Below are positions 10,082 through 19,473 of a stretch of DNA of 64,000 nt, piece by piece. The first letter of the stretch is position 1, and every line of letters begins with the position of its first letter. The notes beneath the pieces were generated by a model that made no database searches, was not told the origin of the DNA, and saw only the letters and a program-made list of their open reading frames with translations. This stretch comes from an uncultured bacterium (GTDB taxonomy: Bacteria > Patescibacteriota > Saccharimonadia > UBA4664), in assembly GCA_963720265.1 (NCBI GenBank), contig CAVRET010000002.1, forward strand, positions 584,704 through 648,703, read 5' to 3'. Made by a program: the position numbers and the translations under genes.

Positions 10082-10110
10082 AGTATAGGTAAAGCTACCA
10101 TCATTGTCAA
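10082..10110 (-). promoter_or_regulatory. sigma70 promoter
   Basis: Minus strand TTGACA-atgatggtagctttacc(17)-TATACT. Confidence 0.8.
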
Positions 10111-10124
10111 TAAAATTCCCAACG

Positions 10125-10740
10125 AAAAAGGGCCTCGCTAATGCGAGAGCCCTGTCTGTTTCTCGAGCGCCTAGGAAGGCTCTCAAGAAAGTGGTGGGGA
10201 GGAGCGAGCATATCTCGGTGCTCACTCCAACCCCCGAACGTGGCGGCTTCACCCTAAGGGTCGTGTATCTCTGCCGTTTCTTGGGCGTATCCCAGGGTTT
10301 CCCCGGGTGATCATCGCCTGGCAGTTTCTTGCCCTTTTGGGTCCCGGCATGCCGCCGTACCTAGTGTCACCGGTGCTCCGGTCCGAGTTCCTCTCTACCT
10401 GGAGGCTGAAGGTTGGAAGAGCCAGCCGTCACGGCCAAGCCAACTCTCCCCGTACACACCACGGCATCTTCGGCATACAAGCCCGAAGAGTCCACAGTGT
10501 TCAAGACCGGTACCCCGAGGGGCTGGCCCGAAGGCCTCCGGAGCCGTGTGTCTAGCACCTGGCAGGCGCTGGACGTTCTCGTCGTCGTGCCCATCGGGCG
10601 TGTATGACCCCGCGAGCCTGGGTCCCGATCTTGCCGCTCCACCCTGGGAGCGACCATTCCCCGGCCTCACCGATCGCTTCAACACTTGGTGCCAAATCTA
10701 TCGCACTTCGTGCAAACGCCTCGGAAATGCCGGTACTGCC
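10125..10740 (-). ncRNA. putative large structured ncRNA (about 615 nt), class unknown
   Basis: 5' GGCAGU and CCGGCAU pair with ACUGCC and AUGCCGG about 400 nt downstream; UUCG and GAAA tetraloops and G.U pairs favour the - strand; terminator AGGGCUCUCGC-AUUA-GCGAGGCCCUUUUU. Confidence 0.7.
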
Positions 10741-10745
10741 GCGCG

Positions 10746-10773
10746 ATATAAACCATTAACAGAACTTTGTCAA
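10746..10773 (-). promoter_or_regulatory. sigma70-like promoter
   Basis: Minus strand TTGACA-16-TTATAT, about 5 nt before the paired 5' G at 10740. Confidence 0.6.
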
Positions 10774-10921
10774 CTCTTTTTACAAGCTTTCCCCCAACAA
10801 CACTTTTGCTTATTCATTATCCCAATCTCTAGCTCAAGCCAAAAACCATTTGGAGTTTTGCACTTGTCAGATCGCAAATCGAGTGGATACGATAAGATTA
10901 CAATTAAAGGTGAGGTGTCCT

Positions 10922-11506
10922 ATGAGTTCTCGTGCCATAGCAATAACCCGCGCTGTCTCCGTCATTGGCGGTACGACAGCGCTGATCGTCGCTGCAACCT
11001 TTGCAGCTGTGTCATCAAATCCGGTCACGATATCGGGCATTAGCCTGGCATCAAGTGACGTCCAGGCCCTAAATGTCTACGACTTCACTGGAAATAGCTT
11101 CACAGGAGACACCAGCAACCCTGGCAACACTGGTGCCATAAATGCCGACCTGACAACCTCGACACCGGGAACGCAGTACCCGTTCTATCTGCAAAACACA
11201 AGCGGCACAAGTCTTAACATATCGGCCACAGCCAATCCAACCGCTAGTGGAAGCTTAGACCCGAGCAACGTTGAGGTGACGTTCTGGGATGACTCAACCG
11301 GGGCACCCACTCAGCTGGGACAAGGTACGCTCGCAAGCATGCAGGCCGGGACTAGCGTAGCTCTCAATGCGTTGGCCGCTGGCGCCACAGGTAGTAGCAG
11401 TAGCAATGTGGCCGGCAACTACGATGTCAGCTTCAACCTTATCGCTCCCGATTCAAGCTTCGATACGCTGAGTACTGTGCAGTTGATCTTCACGGGTACG
11501 CCGTAA
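10922..11506 (+). CDS. TasA/CalY-like secreted protein with SipW-type signal peptide (copy 1)
   Basis: Signal ...LIVAATFA|AVSSNPVTISGISLAS; FYLQNTSGTSL; ends QLIFTGTP; directly upstream of a SipW-type peptidase; GAGGTG SD. Confidence 0.7.
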   Translation: MSSRAIAITRAVSVIGGTTALIVAATFAAVSSNPVTISGISLASSDVQALNVYDFTGNSFTGDTSNPGNTGAINADLTTSTPGTQYPFYLQNTSGTSLNISATANPTASGSLDPSNVEVTFWDDSTGAPTQLGQGTLASMQAGTSVALNALAAGATGSSSSNVAGNYDVSFNLIAPDSSFDTLSTVQLIFTGTP

Positions 11507-11556
11507 GTTAGAATAAAGTCCAGGCTCTAGTTCATAGTTCGTAAAGGATTCCCGGC

Positions 11557-12672
11557 ATGAAATTACTTTGGCGCATCGCTAAATTTGCTCTGGTCACTAT
11601 CTACGCTCTGTGCGGGCTCGCACTGTTGCTGTTCTTGGTGCCGGCTACCGGCTTTGAAGCCAAAGAGATCGCCACCGGCAGCATGCGCCCGGCCATTCCA
11701 CCGGGATCCTTAGTCATTATTCACAAGACTCCGCTTAATCAACTCAAGGTCGGCAACGTCGTAACGTACACTAAGTCGGTCAATCCGCCGGTAACGATTA
11801 CGCACCGGATTGTGAAAACGGAAACGAAAAGCGGCGCGCCCTACTTCATCGTTAAAGGCGACGCCAACCCGGCGCCGGATCCGGCTGTGCCCGGCGGGCT
11901 GATTGTGGGCAAGGTCATCTTCCACGCGCCGTATATTGGCCGCGTGGCGATCGATATGCGCAACCCGGTGGTGATCGTGATCATTGTGATCATTCCCGGG
12001 CTGCTGATAATCGCGGATGAAATAATCCGGCTGCGCAAGGCCTTTGGCAGACCCGCGGCGCAAAAGAGCGAACCGACCGAACCGCCCGCACCACCAGCTA
12101 CAAAGGCGAAGGAGGCGGAAGTTGCGGTTAGCGCGGTGAAGAAACCGGTGGCTGTGCCCGCCCGCCGCCGGACAATGGACGGCATGAAGCCCAGACAGCT
12201 GGTGGTTACGCTGGCGGCTTTGTCCATGGTCGCGTTTGGCGTCAAGACAACCTACGCCGAAATTGCCTCAAATGCCGTGACCATTAGTGATATTAAGCTC
12301 TCGACTGGCGGCGGTTCCGGCAGCGGCAGTGGCGGCTCGCCCAGCCCGTCACCCAGCCCCACGACGCCGGCCTGCCCTAGCGGCGACATTTTGATCCAGG
12401 ACACCGGCGCCGGCTCGATCAACATTATTGATTGTAAGAACAAAAAGACCGGCAAGGTCGTGACGATCATTATTAACAACATCGATAACTCAAATAGCCA
12501 GTCGTCGAGCTCCGGCAATGTGAACAGCAGCGGCAACACGAACAGCGGCAATACCGGCAGCGGCAACTCGAGCAACTCCAACTCAACCACAACGACCGTT
12601 AACAATAACAAGCCTTCACCGTCGGCCAGCCCGTCGCCGACGCCGAGCGCGAGTCCGACGCCTCATTCATAA
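11557..12672 (+). CDS. sipW: SipW-type (ER-type S26B) signal peptidase I fused to an internal signal peptide and Asn/Ser-rich tail (copy 1)
   Basis: TGSMRP (Ser), ITHRIV (His), KGDAN..PD motifs; C-terminal extension after MDGMK. Confidence 0.8.
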   Translation: MKLLWRIAKFALVTIYALCGLALLLFLVPATGFEAKEIATGSMRPAIPPGSLVIIHKTPLNQLKVGNVVTYTKSVNPPVTITHRIVKTETKSGAPYFIVKGDANPAPDPAVPGGLIVGKVIFHAPYIGRVAIDMRNPVVIVIIVIIPGLLIIADEIIRLRKAFGRPAAQKSEPTEPPAPPATKAKEAEVAVSAVKKPVAVPARRRTMDGMKPRQLVVTLAALSMVAFGVKTTYAEIASNAVTISDIKLSTGGGSGSGSGGSPSPSPSPTTPACPSGDILIQDTGAGSINIIDCKNKKTGKVVTIIINNIDNSNSQSSSSGNVNSSGNTNSGNTGSGNSSNSNSTTTTVNNNKPSPSASPSPTPSASPTPHS

Positions 12673-12733
12673 CTATAAGTTCGATGGTCGGCCCGGCCGT
12701 CGCTCACGTGCAGGAGCGACGGCCGAGATCGGC

Positions 12734-13483
12734 TTACGAAAAGATGCGCAGCTCCATCGCGAGCCGCGCGAAGGCGGCTTCCGGCGGCAGTTTTTGGCTA
12801 AACCGAGTACTGCCTAGATGGTGTCCCAGAGCGCCGGCGTAGAACAGCCACGGGTGCGCTACCATCTGAGCAGCCTCGCTAGCATCGTCCCAGGCTCGTT
12901 CTCTGAGCCTGCGCCGCGTGTGGTTGAGACTCAGACCAATGGCGTAGTGCAGCAACACCGCCGCCCGTAGCAACGTGTCGTCGCCCGCCTCCAGTAGGTC
13001 TCGGGCGATCTTAAAGTGCGCGAGCGCATCCTTGAACCGCCGGAGCGAAATCATCAGGCGACCGCGGAACAACGCCACTAGGCACCTGAGCGTCGTGTCT
13101 TCGTCGCCGGCCACCTCTGCGGCCCCGACGAGGCCGTGGTGTGCGTCTTCCAGCTGGTGCATAAGGCGGAAGACATCGGCCTGTAGCACCATGATGAGCA
13201 CTAGCCACGATGCACGGCCCGGGGCATCCGGCTCCATGGCACAAGCATGCCAGCGAGCCTGCTCCAAGTGGGCAAAACTCTTCTTCCACCCCTGAGCGTC
13301 GTCCATGTCTATGACTGCCAGGCCGAGGTGGGCCAGCAGCTGTGGGACGCCGGGGTATTCGCCTGCAAGTATCTCTCTGGCAAGCGGACCGATGAAATAT
13401 TGGACGAAGCCTTCGCGCAGCTCGCGGTGAAGCTTCGCTTCCAGAATGCCGGGATCGGGGTGAGGTTCACTAGCGTCGGTCAT
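12734..13483 (-). CDS. TPR-like helical repeat orphan
   Basis: A..HLEQAR / DALAHFKIARDL helical repeats; AAAGGGGAG SD; hairpin at about 12693-12725. Confidence 0.5.
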   Translation of the reverse strand: MTDASEPHPDPGILEAKLHRELREGFVQYFIGPLAREILAGEYPGVPQLLAHLGLAVIDMDDAQGWKKSFAHLEQARWHACAMEPDAPGRASWLVLIMVLQADVFRLMHQLEDAHHGLVGAAEVAGDEDTTLRCLVALFRGRLMISLRRFKDALAHFKIARDLLEAGDDTLLRAAVLLHYAIGLSLNHTRRRLRERAWDDASEAAQMVAHPWLFYAGALGHHLGSTRFSQKLPPEAAFARLAMELRIFS

Positions 13484-13737
13484 GTCAAGCTCCCCTTTCT
13501 GGGGCTTTTGCGTACCATAAACGCTCGAGCCATCATTCTAGCTGTCAGGCTCGGGCAGCGCAATTGCTGATCGCGCAAGCTGCGCACGACGAAAGTCCGC
13601 GGGACTACTGGCGGACCAAGCCGCTGTGGCTGCGATGCCTCATGGTGACGGCCGTAGTGCTACTCGTGCTGCTGCACCGTTAATGAAGCCCCTTGCAGGT
13701 CGCGAGGGGCTTCATTACGCCTAATTGATGGGCTGCA

Positions 13738-14607
13738 TCAGTCCTCAACGTCTTCCTCCTCATTGATGTCATCATCTTCGGGCGCTATGACCTTCTCCCA
13801 AATCTTTCCCGTCATTTCATGTGCCTTGAGTCTCTCGGCCGTCGTAAACCACATTGCGATGTCCTCGCCCCACTTATCTTCAAGCAGTCGTTTGGTAGCT
13901 CGCTTGCAGTAGATCAAATCGGTGAGGGTTGGGCAGATGAACAGGGCGATTGGGTTTGGCTCCTCCTCTCCCGTCTCATCTTGCCAATATCCGTCTTCCA
14001 GGTACTCAATGTAGTTCTTGAGCCGCTTCCTCACTCTTTGGCGGGGCATGGTGGCTTCGATGATTTCGATGAAGCGCGTGGTGTCCGTGAAGTCGTCGTC
14101 GGTCTCAACCGTCCTTTCGAACACCAGCTGCGGGCGGATCAAGTCAGACTCACTCAGGAAATGATAATCGCTCTCTAGGTCGAAGTAGTCGGCTTGGGTG
14201 GTGTATAGATAGTGAACGCGGCTGGTGGTGGCATTTGCTAAGTTACTGTTGTGCATGGTGATGCAACAGTCGGCTACAAGCACACACTGCTCAACGAAGC
14301 CCGGGCTGCGGGACGACTCCCGGTAGCGCTTGCGAAACTCCTCGATCGGGTGACCCTGATTCTCCTTGAGCCATCGGATGCCGTTTAAGCCGAGATAGTA
14401 GATCGCTGGCTTAGATTTTTCTAGAAAGTTAGTTGAGTAAATCCATTCGACGTAATGGTTAGCTCGAAGGTCCGCGAGCCACGCATTAATCCGCTTGTAA
14501 TCTTTATGACCCATAAGCGTTTGTATTTGGATACGATTTAAGAATCTGTATTTGTACAGCAGTTTGAGTATAGTTTGTTGTCTTGGAGTTAGTTGCGGCA
14601 GTTTCAT
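13738..14607 (-). CDS. replication-relaxation (Replic_Relax) family protein
   Basis: LTPRQQTILKLLYKYRFLNRIQIQ...PAIYYLGLNG N-terminal wHTH, then PD-(D/E)xK-like RPQL...FIEI; lower GC than flanks. Confidence 0.7.
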   Translation of the reverse strand: MKLPQLTPRQQTILKLLYKYRFLNRIQIQTLMGHKDYKRINAWLADLRANHYVEWIYSTNFLEKSKPAIYYLGLNGIRWLKENQGHPIEEFRKRYRESSRSPGFVEQCVLVADCCITMHNSNLANATTSRVHYLYTTQADYFDLESDYHFLSESDLIRPQLVFERTVETDDDFTDTTRFIEIIEATMPRQRVRKRLKNYIEYLEDGYWQDETGEEEPNPIALFICPTLTDLIYCKRATKRLLEDKWGEDIAMWFTTAERLKAHEMTGKIWEKVIAPEDDDINEEEDVED

Positions 14608-14976
14608 TTGATGAGATAGTTAGTGGATATTATAGGTAGCGATTAGTTCTGACGTTTTTTTGTTTGTCTTGTTTTGAGTGATGATATTTTGCCAACCCCA
14701 CCTACCCGTTATTTATATGGTAGGTGCCACGCTTATTCAAATATTACTGCGTATAAAACCCTCTTTATTGTCCTAACCCACTAGGACAAAGGTTACAAAA
14801 AGAAAATGCCCTTATATCGGCGCAGGGGCAACCGCATTGCAGGGCGTTAAGCCTTATTGATGAGCGATTTGTATCAGGCCGTACGGACGGCGGGCTCCCT
14901 GCTCATTTACAGATGCTGTAATTTATGTAAAAGTATTGCGGTATCGAACAAGTTGACAGTGAGAAGGTGATGCAAC

Positions 14977-16095
14977 GTGGCCGCAGATCAGCGGTTTACG
15001 CTAGTGCTTCCGCCAGCGACCCAAGAGCCGGACCTCGCAACCGAGATCGGGGATACCGTCGGCTACATTCCGACGCGCGTGGCTGATTGGTACAAGGCCA
15101 AGACCGAACGAGACGTTAGCGCCCGGCTCCGGCAGCGGACGACGCAGTGTTTCCGCCTCCGGGGCTTCGGGATAGCGTTGACTCCGCTCGGCTTGGTCCT
15201 GATTGTGGATCATTGGCGCGCGCTGGGCATCGTGCTGTACGTCGTGGGCGTCGCAGTCTGGGCGGCTACCATGGAAAAATGCGACGCCATGCACGCGCAG
15301 CTGGACCGGCTGTGTTTGACCGCCACCTGGCACACGGAACGGTTGCTCGGCGATCTTAAAGGCGACCACAACCTGTCCAGGTACGCGATTGGTCTAGCCC
15401 ATCTCGTCCGGCAGCAGCTGGGTCCAACCGCCTGGCTGTACGTCGAGCGGCTTGTAGCCCATGACGGCGACGCTACGAATGATACCGTGGCGCTCTATGT
15501 CCTGCGCAGCGGTCAGCAGTGCTATCTACAGTTCTGGGCCGGCGATGAGCCGGTGTACCTGCCGCGCTGCGGGGCCGACCAGGTAGCGCGGCGCACCGCC
15601 CTTGGACAGGCCTTGCTGGTCGGTGGTGTCCAGGTACGCGAATCCGCTCCGTTGCAGGCGTTCCAGGAGCGGATCAAAGAACTCGCAAGCCGCCAGCAGT
15701 TCGTGGAGCTCATGATCGCCCTCCTCGGCCTCACCGCCGGGTTGGCATGCATCGGAGTGGCCACCCTGCAGCTTTACCTCAAGGCGGCAACCCGGGCGGA
15801 GGCCATAGAGGCGTTGGCCATTCCGGCGCTTATCGGCCTCATCATCGTCGCGATATATTATATCCGCTACCGACGGGGGCCGCGCTGGCGCACGGTGTCC
15901 ATGCCGCCGAACAACACCGTTCCGACCGACCAACTGGAGGTACTGGAAAAAGTCCAGGCCGCCCTGCCACCGGACGCCACCTTGGCCACGGAAGTACTCA
16001 GGGTGCCGCTCATCGGTACGGTGATCTGCTGCCAGGTTGAACGCGACGATGTCGTGGTCGGCGTGGCATCCTGGATCAACAAACGAACGCTGTGA
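14977..16095 (+). CDS. membrane orphan with two tandem 2TM+alpha/beta modules
   Basis: Each module has two TM helices, then W...LYVE/LATE...W; AAGGTG SD; hairpin at about 16105-16160. Confidence 0.6.
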   Translation: MAADQRFTLVLPPATQEPDLATEIGDTVGYIPTRVADWYKAKTERDVSARLRQRTTQCFRLRGFGIALTPLGLVLIVDHWRALGIVLYVVGVAVWAATMEKCDAMHAQLDRLCLTATWHTERLLGDLKGDHNLSRYAIGLAHLVRQQLGPTAWLYVERLVAHDGDATNDTVALYVLRSGQQCYLQFWAGDEPVYLPRCGADQVARRTALGQALLVGGVQVRESAPLQAFQERIKELASRQQFVELMIALLGLTAGLACIGVATLQLYLKAATRAEAIEALAIPALIGLIIVAIYYIRYRRGPRWRTVSMPPNNTVPTDQLEVLEKVQAALPPDATLATEVLRVPLIGTVICCQVERDDVVVGVASWINKRTL

Positions 16096-16188
16096 CAGCG
16101 CCAAGTCCGCTGACCGCAACCGCAAGGAGTCAACCGTCCGCGGTCGCGGTCGGCGGACTCCTTGTTTATGGCCCAGGTCCCACTCGTC

Positions 16189-18657
16189 TTATGGGAACTG
16201 GCTAAGCAGCAATGCCGAAGTGCTCGTGGCGGCACCGCTGGGAGTTACCTCCATATCAACCCAGTACGTTTGTCCAAGTCCTTTAACATAAATATCCGGA
16301 TAAGCGTTGGGCGGGCCAACGGCAAATACCGCTTGTCCCTGCGTTGATCCACCTTGGTCAAAATTCGCCGGAGCTCCGGACCCGGTATATGGTGAAGTCG
16401 AGCTGGCTGCATAGATACCGGGCACGTGCATCACACCGTTGCGGATGCCGTCGAACGTCGGGCCGGCATTTTGGATGGCGCTTCCCGGGAACTGGTAGGC
16501 CGCGCCGATGTTGAAGTAGTAGAGTTGCTTGGCCGACCAGGCATCGGGAACGGCCGCGCTGTTGTAGACCGACACCCGGTAACGTCCGGCCGGCAGGGTT
16601 ACGCCTGTTAGTGCGCACGATACCCACCCCGAGCCGGCGATACCGCTCCAAGTCGGGCTGGTGTTACTGGCTACTATCGCCTGAGTGTCCTCGTCCCACA
16701 CGTCGCAGCGTGTGGCTAGCTGGGCGGTCCCGGACGGGCTGTAATACCAGATATTATTTACAGCACAGCTTTGGTTGAGCCGCATCTCCGTGCCAACGAC
16801 GTAGTCGACTGCCGAATCCCCGGTGGTGAATTGGTCGCCGTAAAACTTGTTTGGCCACGCGCGGTAGCTGCCGGTATAACCGTTTGGTGTGGTGGTGGTA
16901 ACCTGGATATCGATCCAGAAATTGGCAGAGTTGGATACACCCAAGGGGCACGTCGCAGACGGGTCAGTGCCGCCGACGGTAAATAGTCCTTGGCCGATAT
17001 TGCCACCGCCGTTGTATTGCGATGATCCGTATGACGAGTTGCCATCGGCAAAGGCCAGGATCGGGCCATTTTGGATGCCGTTAGGATGACCGCCTGCACC
17101 AAACGAGTCAACCGCGCCGGTCCCCGCACCGGACGTGTCTGAATCCGGAAAAGCGCCGTTAATGCCGGTCGCGGCAATGTAACGAGTAATTTCCGACAGC
17201 AAAATCGGCATTGGCAGCGCAACGTAATTCCACCCGGTCGACAGCGCGCCCGAGGTCACAACCGAGCCGGGCACCAGTGTTGTATCAGTAAAGTTAAGGG
17301 GGTTGATTTGCCAGAGGGCGAATTTCTGCGGCGCAGTCAAGCCGCCGGTCGGGCAGACCCAGTGCCAATAGCCCTCAAACCAACAATTGCCCTGGAGCGT
17401 CATAAAACCAACACCGGAGATAAAGTTGCCCGAGTACGACACAGGTGTCGTCGGCCCGTTCCCGGGCCGCCCGTCTTGGCCGTCCATGAAGCGGTAATTC
17501 GCCGCCGGCTCCGGCACCACCTCGACGTCGATCCAGTACAGCGCGTAGGTAAGGGTGGCATTGTCCGGATAGGCCCAGGTATTGGAGTTGTATGACATCT
17601 GCCCCGGGGAAGCTGCGCCATAGCCGGGTATGGTCAGAATGTCTTGCGTGAAACCGGAGCCATACATCTGTCCGGTGTTAAACATATTGTCCGAATACGC
17701 CCACCAGATTGAACCGCCGGCATTAAACGTGGCAACTTTATAATCACCGGCCGCGAGCGTGATAGCGGCGCTCCGGTAATCGCACTTAATCCACCCATTG
17801 CCGGCCGTTGCCGCACTACCGTCCACGTTCACCCAGGTTGGTGAGCTGTTGTCCGTCCCGGCTACAACCGTCTGACTGCCAACGTCCCAGACCGCACACC
17901 GCGTCGGCAGCACGGTCGCCCCCGACGGCGAGTAGTGCCAGATGGACGCCAGCTGGGCTGACTGGCTCAGCGAAAATTCCATCCCAAGTGTAAAGCCGCC
18001 GCTGCTGGTGTCCGTCTGAATCGGAGTCGGCACCGTCGGCCAGGCCCGCTCCGGCGTGCCCGGCGGAACCGCATCTGTCACCTGCACATCGAGCCATAAA
18101 AGGTCGTCTGCATCGTTATTATCGGGTTGGTGCACCGAAGCATCGGCGCCGTTGGTATTAAACGGCTGTTGGGGCCAAAACGTGCTCGCGCTGCTGCCGC
18201 TGGGGTAGGCCATAAGCGGCCCATTAGTGATGCCGTTGACGTATGGATCGCCCGACCCGAACTGATTTTTCGTGTCAGGAAAACCAATCGTGGTGCTGTA
18301 GCCTATCGCAGCCACGTATGGAACATTTGGGGTAAGCGGTATGGGGTTACAGGGAACAAAATTCCACGCCCCGGCTGTGAACGCGCCAGTCCACAGCACC
18401 TCAGACGCCGGAATAACGGTAGCGTCGGGGTAATCGTAAGCCTGCCACAAGGCAAAACCAATGTTCGTGTTGGTGTCGCCGCCGGTTGGCACCCACCACC
18501 AGTAGCCGTTGAAATAGAGACCGCCAGCAGTCACATTAAAAACCAGCCCGGCTACATAATTGCCGCTGTACGCCGTTGGTGAACCCGGCGGCTGGGTGCC
18601 TGAGGATCCAACCCCCGGGCGGCCGCTTTGGCCGTCCATTAAGCGGTATGTACTCAC
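16189..18657 (-). CDS. large DUF4082-like repeat protein (four beta-sandwich domains, 2x duplication)
   Basis: Repeated YR(L/F)MDGQ.GRPG, TLGMEF/VVGTEM...IW(H/Y)YSPSG, and (Y/F/L)W(I/L/V)D(V/I/M)(E/Q)V domain ends; likely GTG start at 18657. Confidence 0.7.
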   Translation of the reverse strand: MSTYRLMDGQSGRPGVGSSGTQPPGSPTAYSGNYVAGLVFNVTAGGLYFNGYWWWVPTGGDTNTNIGFALWQAYDYPDATVIPASEVLWTGAFTAGAWNFVPCNPIPLTPNVPYVAAIGYSTTIGFPDTKNQFGSGDPYVNGITNGPLMAYPSGSSASTFWPQQPFNTNGADASVHQPDNNDADDLLWLDVQVTDAVPPGTPERAWPTVPTPIQTDTSSGGFTLGMEFSLSQSAQLASIWHYSPSGATVLPTRCAVWDVGSQTVVAGTDNSSPTWVNVDGSAATAGNGWIKCDYRSAAITLAAGDYKVATFNAGGSIWWAYSDNMFNTGQMYGSGFTQDILTIPGYGAASPGQMSYNSNTWAYPDNATLTYALYWIDVEVVPEPAANYRFMDGQDGRPGNGPTTPVSYSGNFISGVGFMTLQGNCWFEGYWHWVCPTGGLTAPQKFALWQINPLNFTDTTLVPGSVVTSGALSTGWNYVALPMPILLSEITRYIAATGINGAFPDSDTSGAGTGAVDSFGAGGHPNGIQNGPILAFADGNSSYGSSQYNGGGNIGQGLFTVGGTDPSATCPLGVSNSANFWIDIQVTTTTPNGYTGSYRAWPNKFYGDQFTTGDSAVDYVVGTEMRLNQSCAVNNIWYYSPSGTAQLATRCDVWDEDTQAIVASNTSPTWSGIAGSGWVSCALTGVTLPAGRYRVSVYNSAAVPDAWSAKQLYYFNIGAAYQFPGSAIQNAGPTFDGIRNGVMHVPGIYAASSTSPYTGSGAPANFDQGGSTQGQAVFAVGPPNAYPDIYVKGLGQTYWVDMEVTPSGAATSTSALLLSQFP

Positions 18658-18895
18658 GATCTGTACTTCATACTGCAAACAATTATAGTGAGACCAGGCT
18701 ACTAACCACAACCATCATCCGAATTGGCGGTCCGCACAACGTACGAAACCATAAGAATTAACAATAAAATGGGGTTATAGTATAAGTATTATTGTAAGAA
18801 CATACATACCAGGTATGCTCTCAGAAAAACTATGATGCAATCTGCTAGATAGAAAATCTAGATAGCAATTAACTAAATAGAGGTGAGGCATAGCT

Positions 18896-19471
18896 ATGAC
18901 TAGACGCTCATTTGCAATCGCCCGGGCCGCTGCCACGATCGGCGGTATGGGTGCGTTAATAATTGGAGCGACGATGGCCGCTACCAATGTCGGCACCGTG
19001 GCGCTAACGGCCAATTCGTTCGCGACCACGTCCACCGGCTTACAGATTTCCAACGATGGCAGCACATTTAGTGACACCGCCACCGGGTTTGACTTTGGCA
19101 GTCTTACGACGGGTGGTACATCAACTAAAGAAAACATGTGGCTTCAGGACACCTCAGGTGGCACGACACCACTCGGCATTACGCTCGCTGCGGCCAATGT
19201 CGGCGCGCTCACCGGCCTGAATCCCGCCGACGTCATGGTAAACGTCGAAGCCCACGGCGGCTCCACGGTTGATAGCTTCTCGCTCTCGTCTCTGGAATCA
19301 AGCACACCGGCGCTCAGCGCGGCCAACGAGCCGACCATTGAAAGCGACGGCACGCCGGTCCCGACCGAGTACGACGTTTGGCTGTCACTCAGCTCCGGCG
19401 CCGTTACCGGCACCACGGATCCTACGAGCAACACGTTTGACCTCAACTTCACCGGAACGAGTAGTTCGTAA
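18896..19471 (+). CDS. TasA/CalY-like secreted protein with SipW-type signal peptide (copy 2)
   Basis: ...LIIGATMA|ATNVGTVALTANSFAT; FDFGSLTTG; WLQDTSG; ends FDLNFTGTSSS; paralog of 10922..11506. Confidence 0.75.
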   Translation: MTRRSFAIARAAATIGGMGALIIGATMAATNVGTVALTANSFATTSTGLQISNDGSTFSDTATGFDFGSLTTGGTSTKENMWLQDTSGGTTPLGITLAAANVGALTGLNPADVMVNVEAHGGSTVDSFSLSSLESSTPALSAANEPTIESDGTPVPTEYDVWLSLSSGAVTGTTDPTSNTFDLNFTGTSSS

Positions 19472-19473
19472 CC

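Noticed and set aside
9540-10685. Short overlapping ORFs from the track within the tandem RNA region (similarly 57637..58107 and 61501..61929)
   Set aside because: They have no SD or leaderless signal, are Arg/Pro/Gly-rich as expected for shadow ORFs, and do not match the promoter/terminator layout.
10196-10706. ORF-less group II intron (GUGCG near 10706, domain VI-like GGGGG...CCCC hairpin)
   Set aside because: There is no convincing domain V (AGC/CGC triad with the 2-nt bulge), and the GUGCG lies inside a domain closed by upstream sequence. It is kept only as an unknown RNA.
13570-13717. GAAAGTCCG resembling the RNase P P4 motif
   Set aside because: The preceding GAG and the 3' partner are absent and the region is too short; only hairpins are present.
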